Assembly: GCA_964419335.1 (NCBI GenBank)
Contig: CAYQOX010000007.1
Location: forward strand, 65,189 to 122,072
Direction: 5' to 3'
Source: an uncultured bacterium
Lineage (GTDB): Bacteria > Hinthialibacterota > Hinthialibacteria > Hinthialibacterales > Hinthialibacteraceae
Length of the DNA stretch: 56,884 nucleotides
Shown here: positions 1 through 8,197 of the stretch, in pieces
How the letters are laid out: each line of letters begins with the position of its first letter
How positions within the stretch are numbered: position 1 is the first letter of the stretch
Made by a program: the position numbers and the translations under genes
The notes under the pieces: model-generated
Seen by the model: only the letters and a program-made list of their open reading frames with translations
What the model was told of the DNA's origin: nothing
Databases searched by the model: none

Positions 1-274
1 CTACTCCCCAAAAGTTGGATAGTTGATTTAAGAAATTAATTGGCTCATGACTATGGTCATATCTTGGAGGGATTGTATCGGACGCTCGGAAAGTTGGAGC
101 GCGATAACTTTGACCTTGATTGAAATAAAATAAAGATTTTTCGAGCAAAGCCAATAAAGTTAAACACGCCACCCTTCCAATTAATTGTGTATTGACACTC
201 GTTCAAGAATCCAAAATCGTGTAAAATATTTCAGTCTATTTCTTCTCTTATTAAGTTTCATGAGGCTTATCAAT

Positions 275-928
275 ATGAAGTGTATTGCTGTGGGGAACCA
301 GAAGGGAGGAGTCGGAAAATCTACGATCGCAGTTAATCTCGCGTGTGAATTTGCATACCGAAAATATCGTGTAATACTGATCGATGCTGATGAACAAGGT
401 ACGGCCACGAATTGGTTGTCACGTGGGAACTTGCCCATTGATTTTCAATCGATGCCGGTTGAGAACGTATCCAATGCAGAGGATATGATTCGCGCAATCA
501 AAACCTTGGAGCAAGACCTTGTGGTGATTGATTTACCTCCCCACACACGAGAAGCGACAGAAGCGGCCTTGATGATCTGCGATCTTTTCGCAGTACCGAT
601 TACCCCTTCAGGAGCCGATTTTGTTTCGGCTAGGAATGTTCTTGAGTTATCGTACGAGGCTAGACGCATGCGGAATGGGAAACCGAAAAATGTGTTGATT
701 CCCTCGCGTGTGGATCGTCGGACATCGTTTGGGCGAGAGGTGGATCAAGCGCTTCAAGGCTTTAACGAAACGATTAGCCCGAGCATTGGACAGCGCAGCG
801 CATTTGTTGATTGTTTTGGTTTGGGAGATTGGATAGGGCATGCTTACCCACATTCCAAAGCATACATAGAAATACAGGAACTCGCTTCCATGGTGGAGGA
901 TTTATTAGAATGGCACGAAGCAATTTAA
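275..928 (+). CDS. ParA/MinD-family P-loop ATPase (partition-type)
   Basis: ORF 185..928 trimmed to the internal ATG at 275. MKCIAVGNQKGGVGKSTIAVNLA is a deviant Walker A (KGGxGKS) within the first 20 residues. About 217 aa, typical of ParA/Soj. Confidence 0.8.
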   Translation: MKCIAVGNQKGGVGKSTIAVNLACEFAYRKYRVILIDADEQGTATNWLSRGNLPIDFQSMPVENVSNAEDMIRAIKTLEQDLVVIDLPPHTREATEAALMICDLFAVPITPSGADFVSARNVLELSYEARRMRNGKPKNVLIPSRVDRRTSFGREVDQALQGFNETISPSIGQRSAFVDCFGLGDWIGHAYPHSKAYIEIQELASMVEDLLEWHEAI

Positions 929-1476
929 GTACTTTTAGTCGTGTTGCTGAAGAGGAATCACCAAAGATCCCATACCAGCCGAGAGAAGAAACGCAAAAGG
1001 ATGAAAACCGAGAAGAAGATGCAATACATATTGTTAAAAAGAATATGTATTGGTCAATGGGAATCGGGGTGATTCCTTTGCCCTGGCTCAGCATGTTGGG
1101 AACGGGAGGCATGCAGGCTAAAGCCTTGAAAGAATTATCTGATTTGTATGGAATTCCTTTTTCTAAACATAAAGCCAAAAATGTCATCGCTTCCCTGATT
1201 AGTGGATTAGGTACCCCTTTCATGGCCTCCCATTTTATACGTTCGACCTTCTTTCTATTTCCAGTGTTTGGACCGTTGATTTATATGACTGCGACCCCCT
1301 TATCGGCAGGTGCACTGACTTATGCTACAGGAAAGGTTTTTATTCAACATTTTGAGTCAGGCGGTACTTTTCTCGATTTTAATCCTCGCAAGGTACGAGA
1401 ATATTATCGAGAACAATTTGAAGAAGGTTTGTTGCTTTCTTCACAAATCAAGCAGGAGAGAAAAACCTCCTCGTAA
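910..1476 (+). CDS. DUF697 (YcjF-like) small membrane-associated protein, paralog 1
   Basis: ORF 811..1476; ATG at 910 chosen, overlapping the ParA stop by 19 nt. Conserved core (NMYWSMGIGVIPLPW, ELSDLYGIPFSKH, ALTYATGKVFIQHFESGGTF) is shared with the paralog at 43206..43766 and resembles the DUF697 LYG block. Start is uncertain. Confidence 0.55.
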   Translation: MARSNLSTFSRVAEEESPKIPYQPREETQKDENREEDAIHIVKKNMYWSMGIGVIPLPWLSMLGTGGMQAKALKELSDLYGIPFSKHKAKNVIASLISGLGTPFMASHFIRSTFFLFPVFGPLIYMTATPLSAGALTYATGKVFIQHFESGGTFLDFNPRKVREYYREQFEEGLLLSSQIKQERKTSS

Positions 1477-1479
1477 TCC

Positions 1480-2139
1480 ATGACTCTTGTTTTAACAGCA
1501 CGTTTTCATTCTTCCTTGTTGGAAGAACGATGGAATACGTATCTCAGAGATCTCCCCCATTTTCTGAAAGACGAAATTATGCGTTATCGCCGGTGGGAAG
1601 ATCGCCATTGTGTTCTATTTGGGAAACTTTTATTACGCGATGGTTTGAAGCGTTATCGTATTGATCCCAAGGTTATTTCACGTTTACAAAAGAATGCTTA
1701 CGGTAAGCCGTTTATTCCAGGTACTCCTCATTTTTCCATATCGCATTCCGCGCAACATATCATTTGTGCTTTTCATCCAAAGGCAGAAATTGGGGTAGAT
1801 ATAGAACCTATTCGCCCCATTGACTTGACACCTTTCCAATCGTACATGTCCGATCAGGAGTGGCGCGATATTTATCGATATTCACCGCCTGAAGTGGGAT
1901 TTTTCCGTTATTGGGCAATCAAAGAAAGTGTGATTAAGGCTGATGGACGTGGTTTATCCGCTCCGTTGGAGGCGATGGATATTCAGGAAAACGTCGCATT
2001 TTTGCAGGGGCGAAAATGGTTTATTAAAGAGTTGAAGTTATATCCTGGGATGGCTTCTTGGGTGGCAAGTGGGGAGGCTCTTCAAGATTTAGAAATATGT
2101 GAAATTCAGTATTGCGTTGAAAACAAAATTATTGATTGA
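1480..2139 (+). CDS. 4'-phosphopantetheinyl transferase, Sfp-type
   Basis: ATG at 1480 with an AGGAG-like site upstream. Motifs GKPF (P1), FSISHS, GVDIE (P2) and WAIKESVIKADGRGL (P3; W/KES/K). Length about 219 aa. Convergently overlaps the SPFH gene by 11 nt. Confidence 0.85.
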   Translation: MTLVLTARFHSSLLEERWNTYLRDLPHFLKDEIMRYRRWEDRHCVLFGKLLLRDGLKRYRIDPKVISRLQKNAYGKPFIPGTPHFSISHSAQHIICAFHPKAEIGVDIEPIRPIDLTPFQSYMSDQEWRDIYRYSPPEVGFFRYWAIKESVIKADGRGLSAPLEAMDIQENVAFLQGRKWFIKELKLYPGMASWVASGEALQDLEICEIQYCVENKIID

Positions 2140-3232
2140 GATTGTCCTCGAGCAGTTCTTCTTCTATTGGTTGGTTAAATTGATCAAAGGTATCGGTGGC
2201 AGAAGGGGTTGGAATGTTGAAATAATCGGTGGAGTCGAGAATTTCTTGAGCCATGGTGGAGGAATAGGGAATCCCAGAGGTTTGTAGTCCCAATTTGGTG
2301 CTATTCATGATAAGAGGCAGGCCGTCTTCGGGTCCGCCTACAACAATAACCCTGGCGTTGGGTGAAGTCGCCAGGTCGAGAGAAGCCTCGATCCCTTTCC
2401 ATTGTAAAAGTTGTTTGGAGATCCCTTCGGCGACAATGTCTTGAAAATCACGTATTCCCGAGGCCATGATCACTTTGCGTTTTGCTTCTTCTTCTGCTTG
2501 CATTAGGAGATATTGGTATTTTTCGGCGTTGTGCATCTCACGGAGTTTTTCCTCGATGGCTTGCTCAACCAAAGAAGGGAGGGTGATTTTGGTGATAAGA
2601 AGATCATCAAGTTCGATATATCTTTCGGTTAATTGCAATAAAGCCTCGCTCAGGGCGGCATCCAGCATGCCATATTCTGCTCGATAGAGTTCTTCAGGGT
2701 GGTATTTGCCCACGACGAAGCGCAAGGAGGCCTCGATTTCAGGAATGATGACAGTTTCGACATAATCTGGCCCAATATATTTATGTAAATAGTTTAAGTC
2801 GGTACTCTCTCGGCTGGGGTGAAAACGAATAGAAACAGTAAATTTAATATGTAAGCCGTCTTGGGCAAGGATGTTAAATTCTTCCTGCACTTGTTGTTGA
2901 CGGATATTGTAAATGTGGATTCGATCGAAGGGCCAAATGATGTACAGGCCTTCGCCGAGGGGAGGTTTGTCGACCACGGTCCCGCCAAAGCGCCGGTAAT
3001 AGACTCCCCGCTCTCCGGAATGGATGGTGATAACGATGTTATTCCAAAACAAGATGATGAGGAATACAAGGATAAGGCCGAGGATTTCAAACTTCAATCG
3101 GTGGCGTTTGAACCATTGTTTCAAGCGAGTAGAGCATTTGTGTTGAGACGGAGAGGCTTGATTCTCTGGCTGGGATTGTATATAAAAGAACGATTGATCA
3201 TTTGTTTTCATAATGGTTGTATTATATTTCAT
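2129..3232 (-). CDS. SPFH/band-7 (prohibitin/HflC-like) membrane protein, paralog 1
   Basis: ATG at 3230-3232 (cat on +). N-terminal TM helix, then a band-7 core (ITIHSGERGVYYRRFGG, EAEYGMLDAAL, AEKYQYLLMQAEEEAKRKVIMASGIRDFQDIV). Highly similar to 40195..41277. Immediately downstream of ABC exporter 1 on the same strand. Confidence 0.8.
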   Translation of the reverse strand: MKYNTTIMKTNDQSFFYIQSQPENQASPSQHKCSTRLKQWFKRHRLKFEILGLILVFLIILFWNNIVITIHSGERGVYYRRFGGTVVDKPPLGEGLYIIWPFDRIHIYNIRQQQVQEEFNILAQDGLHIKFTVSIRFHPSRESTDLNYLHKYIGPDYVETVIIPEIEASLRFVVGKYHPEELYRAEYGMLDAALSEALLQLTERYIELDDLLITKITLPSLVEQAIEEKLREMHNAEKYQYLLMQAEEEAKRKVIMASGIRDFQDIVAEGISKQLLQWKGIEASLDLATSPNARVIVVGGPEDGLPLIMNSTKLGLQTSGIPYSSTMAQEILDSTDYFNIPTPSATDTFDQFNQPIEEELLEDNLNQ

Positions 3233-3243
3233 TTCCAGGCTTG

Positions 3244-4890
3244 TTAAAAATTCTTATTGATTTCGTGATTCATTGGTTCCAAACGGCCATAATCCATCCG
3301 ATAAATACGATCAGCGAGGCCATAATATTTGTCATCATGGGTAATGGCAATAATCGTCTTGCCTTGTTTCACCAAATTTTGCAGATAGACCTCATAAAAG
3401 TATTTCCTAAAGACTGGGTCTTGGTCGGCCGCCCATTCATCATACACATGGATTTCACGATTTTCTAACTCGGCTAATGTCAGAGCAAGTCTTTTTTTCT
3501 GACCCATCGAAAGGTCTAGGCTGGTAATCGTGCCATCTTTTCGAATTGAGGTTTTATCGTGAATTTGCATTTCTCGCAATAATTGTTGAACCCGATCGGG
3601 ATCAATTTGGTCTATACCGTAAGCCCGATCAAAGAGATGGGGTGATTGAAAAACTGCGGCAAAGTTGGCTCGATAGTGGGCGGGGGGGTGTTCAGTTATG
3701 TCTTGCTGGTTATGGAGGATCGTCCCTTGTTGGAGGGGATAAAGGCCGGTTAACACTTTAATTAAGGTGGTTTTTCCGGCGCCATTACCTCCCATGAGAA
3801 AGATGATTTCCCCGCGATTTACTTCTAGACTAATGGGGCCGATCCCAAACGTTGTTTCGGACACGTGATGATCGTATTGGAAATATACGTTATTCAAGCG
3901 CAAGTTAGCAAACTTCGGGGTAGAAATACGGCTATCAGGAGGGATCAGAGGTTCCTCAGGTAATTGTTGTAAATGTTGGCATATTTGGTTTAAACTTTTG
4001 ACTGAGATATTAGCCCGTTCAATGTAAGGGAATGAGCCGACGATTTCTTGCAACGGTCCGGTCGTTACAAAAAGAAGGATGGTCACTACTTGAATAAGGT
4101 TGTTTTGGGAAATTTGGATGATTTGGGGGAATATAAAGATCATGAATGCGAGAAGCAAGTATGAGAAGATCTGAGCAAAGATAATCGAAAAATTGAGTTT
4201 GGTCGAAGCATGAATTTTTAAGTTCTCAGTTTCATTGGCGGTAGAGAGAATATGGTTTTGAAAGAGATCCTGGTTACGAGGTTCATGGATTTTAATTTCT
4301 TGAAAACCATCAATCATGTGATTGATGTAATCAAAAAACTGGTTTTCTTTTTCTCTTGCTTCGGTTAGGTATCTTTCATGCTCTGATCGTTTAATACGAT
4401 AAAGTTGGATCCCCCCAAGCAAAAGGATGAGAGTAATAAGCAGTGCGTGCAAGGAAACAAAACCAATATATACAAAGGCGATGAGCATCAGGGTTAAAGA
4501 AGAAAGCATATTGGAAATGGAATTGGCGGCTTGAGAAATGAGGAGCATCTCTTGGGTGAGGAGGGTATGAATAGGATGCTGCTCTATCCTTTCAAAGGGA
4601 AGCAGGGGGATGCGTCGAATGAGGTTGGAAAACTGGGTTCGTGTGGAAGCGATCAACGTTTCGATCATTTCACTGGAACGATCCATGGTGTACTTTTGTA
4701 ATCGAACATAGGCAAAGATTGCGACACAAAATAAAAAGAAATATCGGAGTTGGGTATCGATTGTGGCATTGATAGAAAGAATAATTAAAAGTATGATAAC
4801 GAAATTTAATAGTCCAGCGAAGGCGAAATAGGCGAGAAACCGGGGTTCAAAAATACCGGTTTTTTCTTTCAAAAATTGCAAAAATTCCAT
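3244..4890 (-). CDS. Cyclic-peptide ABC exporter, SyrD/YojI family (fused permease + ATPase), paralog 1
   Basis: ATG at 4888-4890. N-terminal six-helix permease. C-terminal NBD with Walker A GGNGAGKTT, atypical signature LSMGQKKRLA, Walker B HVYDEWAADQD and an H-loop AITHDD. This motif set is characteristic of the SyrD-type exporters found in NRPS clusters. Confidence 0.85.
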   Translation of the reverse strand: MEFLQFLKEKTGIFEPRFLAYFAFAGLLNFVIILLIILSINATIDTQLRYFFLFCVAIFAYVRLQKYTMDRSSEMIETLIASTRTQFSNLIRRIPLLPFERIEQHPIHTLLTQEMLLISQAANSISNMLSSLTLMLIAFVYIGFVSLHALLITLILLLGGIQLYRIKRSEHERYLTEAREKENQFFDYINHMIDGFQEIKIHEPRNQDLFQNHILSTANETENLKIHASTKLNFSIIFAQIFSYLLLAFMIFIFPQIIQISQNNLIQVVTILLFVTTGPLQEIVGSFPYIERANISVKSLNQICQHLQQLPEEPLIPPDSRISTPKFANLRLNNVYFQYDHHVSETTFGIGPISLEVNRGEIIFLMGGNGAGKTTLIKVLTGLYPLQQGTILHNQQDITEHPPAHYRANFAAVFQSPHLFDRAYGIDQIDPDRVQQLLREMQIHDKTSIRKDGTITSLDLSMGQKKRLALTLAELENREIHVYDEWAADQDPVFRKYFYEVYLQNLVKQGKTIIAITHDDKYYGLADRIYRMDYGRLEPMNHEINKNF

Positions 4891-5126
4891 CAGGGTTTTA
4901 TCTCACCTTGTCATTTTGAATGGTTTTGGGTCATCCGGATAGAATCGATTCAAAAAAGGTCGAGAAGGATTCACTTAAGGATTCGTGTAATCTCTAACCA
5001 CCTATTTCAAGTCTTTGGCTTTTCTAAAGTAGTTTGGACACATCATAATTACTTCCTTGATAAAAATCTATACTTCGTACAATGATTTCTGCGTAACCAA
5101 ATGAGTTTATGCGGGTATCAGTGTCC

Positions 5127-5148
5127 TTGAAATCTCTATGGATTTCAA
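5127..5148. promoter_or_regulatory. Perfect palindrome TTGAAATC-N6-GATTTCAA in the PKS leader region
   Basis: 5127..5134 and 5141..5148 are exact reverse complements. Lies about 230 nt upstream of the gene A start, within the 484-bp AT-rich divergent intergenic region. Confidence 0.4.
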
Positions 5149-5269
5149 GTGAAAATGAAATTTTTAAAATTTATAAAAAAAATGGCAAAATCTTTCTCTT
5201 TTGATTTTGTAAAAAAAGCGTTTAGTGATATGATAAGTGTGCTTTTCTTAAATTTAAGTCATAATTAAG

Positions 5270-5290
5270 TTTGTAAAATAATATTACAAA
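5270..5290. promoter_or_regulatory. Inverted repeat TTTGTAA-N7-TTACAAA about 90 nt upstream of PKS gene A
   Basis: 5270..5276 and 5284..5290 are exact reverse complements in a very AT-rich stretch. Confidence 0.3.
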
Positions 5291-5380
5291 TAGAGAGATG
5301 TACTATTGATTTGAACTATCTCATAACTACTGGTGCATCATCAATGATATTTTTTAAGCGAGTTACTACGTAAATTGGAT

Positions 5381-8188
5381 ATGATGAATTTATTTAATGA
5401 CCCCATAGCCATTGTTGGAATGGGATGTCGGTATCCAGATGGGGCAAATCTACCTCATTTATTGTGGACGATTCTCAAAGAAAAAAAAGACTGTATTACC
5501 GAGATACCAGAAGAGCGATGGGATTACAGAGATTATCATAATAGCGACAATTCTATTTCAAAATGGGGGGGATTTCTTCAAGGTATAAAACCGGATGAAT
5601 TCGATGCGGCGTTTTTTGGTATCGCCTCAGGTGAAGCCACCTCGCTTGATCCGCAACAGCGTTGGTTATTAGAAGTCTCGTGGGAAGCGTTGGAATATGG
5701 GGGGATCGATCCCCGTGAATTACGGGCTCGGAAGGTCGGCATTTATATCGGGATTAGTACGCATGACTACCTAAACGGGACGATCGCTTCTCAAGATCTC
5801 CAACGTATCTCCCATTATAGTGGAACAGGCTCTTCCTTTAGTACCGCTGCGGGAAGGCTGGCTTACTTTTATGGAACTTATGGGCCCGCACTGTCGCTTG
5901 ATACGGCTTGTTCTTCTTCTCTCGTGGCCTTTCATCAAGCCTGCCAATCATTGCGAATGGGGGAATGTGATATGGCTATCGTCGGGGGTGTTAATGCACT
6001 CTTGACGCCTCATTTGCATGTTTATCTGTCCAAATTAGGGGTGATGTCTCGAAAAGGACGATGCCAGTCTTTTGATCAGAGTGCTGATGGGTATGTGCGA
6101 TCAGAAGGATGCGGGGTGATGGTACTGCAACGATTGGCCGATGCGAGGCGTGAAGGTAGAACGATCTTGGCTCATTGCATTGGTTCTGCTGTGAATCAGG
6201 ATGGTCATGGTGCCAGTTTGACCGCTCCTAATGTATCGGCGCAGGAACAATGTATTCGTCAGGCTTTGCGACAAGCGAAGATTGATGCTCGCGAGGTTGG
6301 ATATATTGAAGCGCATGGTACTGGGAACCCTTTGGGGGATGCGACGGAATTACAAGCACTGGGAAGCGTTTTTGCTTCCGGGAGAGAGACGCCTTTATGG
6401 CTGGGGTCGGTCAAATCCAATATTGGACATCTAGAAGCAGGAGCAGGAGTCGCAGGATTAATCAAAACTGTGCTCATATTTCGTTACGGCATGATTCCCC
6501 CAAATCTTCATTTCAAGCAGCCGTGTGATGCATTTACTTCCTTGGATCAAGTATTTCGAATACCAAAAAACACTGTGGCTTGGGAGAGAAATAAGATTCC
6601 TAGGCGTGCGGGGATTAGTTCGTTTGGGTTTAGCGGAACGAATGCGCATGTCATCTTAGAAGAGCCGCATGATGAGGTTGAGAATAGAAAGCCATCGAAA
6701 AATTTCGAGGATCGACCGGTACATATCCTTACTTTCTCGGGAAAAAGTAAAAATGCTTTACACGAATCTGTATCTCAGGGACTGACATTTCTTGAAAAAC
6801 ACAATTGTTCACTCGCGGATGTGGGTTACACATTGAATGCCGGGCGGGCTCATTTTGCCCACCGGTTTGCAGTATGGGGGAATAGTGTAAATGATGTTAT
6901 TTCACAACTGAAAAATCGGTTATGGGAACAAACAGAGGTGGATCTTGCCAAAGAACTGGTTTTTACTTTCACTCCTTTAACCAAGCGCGATAAAGAAGGC
7001 GTGAAAGAATTCCTTCGTACGAGTCCTGTTTTCTATACAGAGTTCAAAAAATGGGATGATGTTACGCAATCAAAGGGGTTGAAATCTCTGTTCTTATATA
7101 TACAAAACGACGGAGATGCAGGCGGTTTGGAAGAAGAGTTCGTTCTTCAAACTTCACTGTTGTGTATATTGTTTTTACTGTGGAATTCGTGGGGGGTTGT
7201 ATCCAAAAAATTGATTGCTCAGCCCTCAACCTTACTTGCAGCACTGTACTGCAGTGAAATTATTACCATGGAAGAAACGGTGGAACTTTCTTGTTTTCTT
7301 TCTCAAGAAAACAAGCCCTTGTCAGATGAAAAACTCGCTTCAATTGGGCAAAGAAGTTCGCAGTTGACATTATTTTTTGATACACAGAAGGAATGTAATT
7401 TTAATCGGGCATGGTTAACAACACTGAAAGATCGTTTTACTCTTGATTTACAGCATTCACCTCATTTTCATAAAGAAGTTCATTTTGATTTACGCCTTGG
7501 CATGTGGAGTAAAGATGAAGTTTTGAGTTGGAATCTGATATCTAAAACGTTATGTGCGTTGTCAATGCAAGGTTGGGATATTAACTGGAAGGCTTTTGAT
7601 TCGCCTTATGAGCGCAACGTACTATGTGAAATGCCTACCTACCCATTTCAACGAAAAAAATATTACATCAATCCTATGGAGCCTTTATTGCAAAAGATTG
7701 TTAAACCGGTCAATCCAAAAAGAAACCTTGAAACGCAGGATATTCAAGAAAGGTTGTGTTCATGCATTAAAGGGAAGCGAGGTGAATATTTGAAAACTTG
7801 TATTCATGATACGGCCCTACATATTTTGGGGGATGTCACCTCGTTGGAATATGAACGTCCATTGGTCGAACAGGGATTTGATTCACTCACGGCGGTAGAA
7901 TTACGCAACCGCTTAGCGAAAGACTTGGAATTATCCTTACCGGTGACCCTGCTGTTTAATTATCCTACCATACAGGCCTTAGCGGATTATTTAATGGAAA
8001 TCATTCCATGGGACGATTGGACAAATGAAGGAAAGACAAAGCCGTCTGAGGAACAAGAGGAGTCGAATATGGAATCGATCCCGGATGAGCTTCATAAGAC
8101 TTTAACCGATGAAGAAATGAAACATCTTGATGGGTTGGATGATGAAGAATTAGAACAATGGATCAAAGACGATCTAGAATCAATTTGA
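5381..8188 (+). CDS. Type I PKS module: KS - degenerate AT (AT0) - ACP
   Basis: The ORF track start at 5375 is TTG; the first ATG is 5381. KS motifs: DTACSSS (Cys about 5909), EAHGTGN, NIGHLE. The post-KS region is homologous to a KS-AT linker plus AT, but GQGSQ is replaced by PLTKR and GHSIG by AQPST, and HAFH is absent. This indicates an inactive AT. ACP has GFDSL (Ser about 7883). Acidic C-terminal tail (DEEMKHLDGLDDEELEQWIKDDLESI) resembles a docking element. Confidence 0.9.
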   Translation: MMNLFNDPIAIVGMGCRYPDGANLPHLLWTILKEKKDCITEIPEERWDYRDYHNSDNSISKWGGFLQGIKPDEFDAAFFGIASGEATSLDPQQRWLLEVSWEALEYGGIDPRELRARKVGIYIGISTHDYLNGTIASQDLQRISHYSGTGSSFSTAAGRLAYFYGTYGPALSLDTACSSSLVAFHQACQSLRMGECDMAIVGGVNALLTPHLHVYLSKLGVMSRKGRCQSFDQSADGYVRSEGCGVMVLQRLADARREGRTILAHCIGSAVNQDGHGASLTAPNVSAQEQCIRQALRQAKIDAREVGYIEAHGTGNPLGDATELQALGSVFASGRETPLWLGSVKSNIGHLEAGAGVAGLIKTVLIFRYGMIPPNLHFKQPCDAFTSLDQVFRIPKNTVAWERNKIPRRAGISSFGFSGTNAHVILEEPHDEVENRKPSKNFEDRPVHILTFSGKSKNALHESVSQGLTFLEKHNCSLADVGYTLNAGRAHFAHRFAVWGNSVNDVISQLKNRLWEQTEVDLAKELVFTFTPLTKRDKEGVKEFLRTSPVFYTEFKKWDDVTQSKGLKSLFLYIQNDGDAGGLEEEFVLQTSLLCILFLLWNSWGVVSKKLIAQPSTLLAALYCSEIITMEETVELSCFLSQENKPLSDEKLASIGQRSSQLTLFFDTQKECNFNRAWLTTLKDRFTLDLQHSPHFHKEVHFDLRLGMWSKDEVLSWNLISKTLCALSMQGWDINWKAFDSPYERNVLCEMPTYPFQRKKYYINPMEPLLQKIVKPVNPKRNLETQDIQERLCSCIKGKRGEYLKTCIHDTALHILGDVTSLEYERPLVEQGFDSLTAVELRNRLAKDLELSLPVTLLFNYPTIQALADYLMEIIPWDDWTNEGKTKPSEEQEESNMESIPDELHKTLTDEEMKHLDGLDDEELEQWIKDDLESI
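6700..7640 (+). other. Degenerate acyltransferase (AT0) region inside PKS gene A
   Basis: Aligns block-by-block with the active AT of gene B (linker ILTFSGKSKNAL vs LLPLSARSENAL; VFTFTPLTKR vs VFLFTGQGSQ; IAQPSTLLAA vs VAGHSIGEYAA). The oxyanion-hole and GHSxG motifs are lost. The post-AT linker PTYPFQRKKYY is retained. Confidence 0.7.
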
Positions 8189-8197
8189 GGTGGTTTA

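Noticed and set aside
181-438. 85-aa minus-strand ORF overlapping parA
   Set aside because: Antisense to a well-supported Walker-A gene, with no signals of its own.
5375-5380. Track-reported starts at 5375, 30624, 38696, 46747 and 52803
   Set aside because: Inspection shows these are TTG codons displayed as M. Nearby in-frame ATGs with better context (5381, 30642, 38654, 46693, 52773) were preferred. The TTG starts remain possible.
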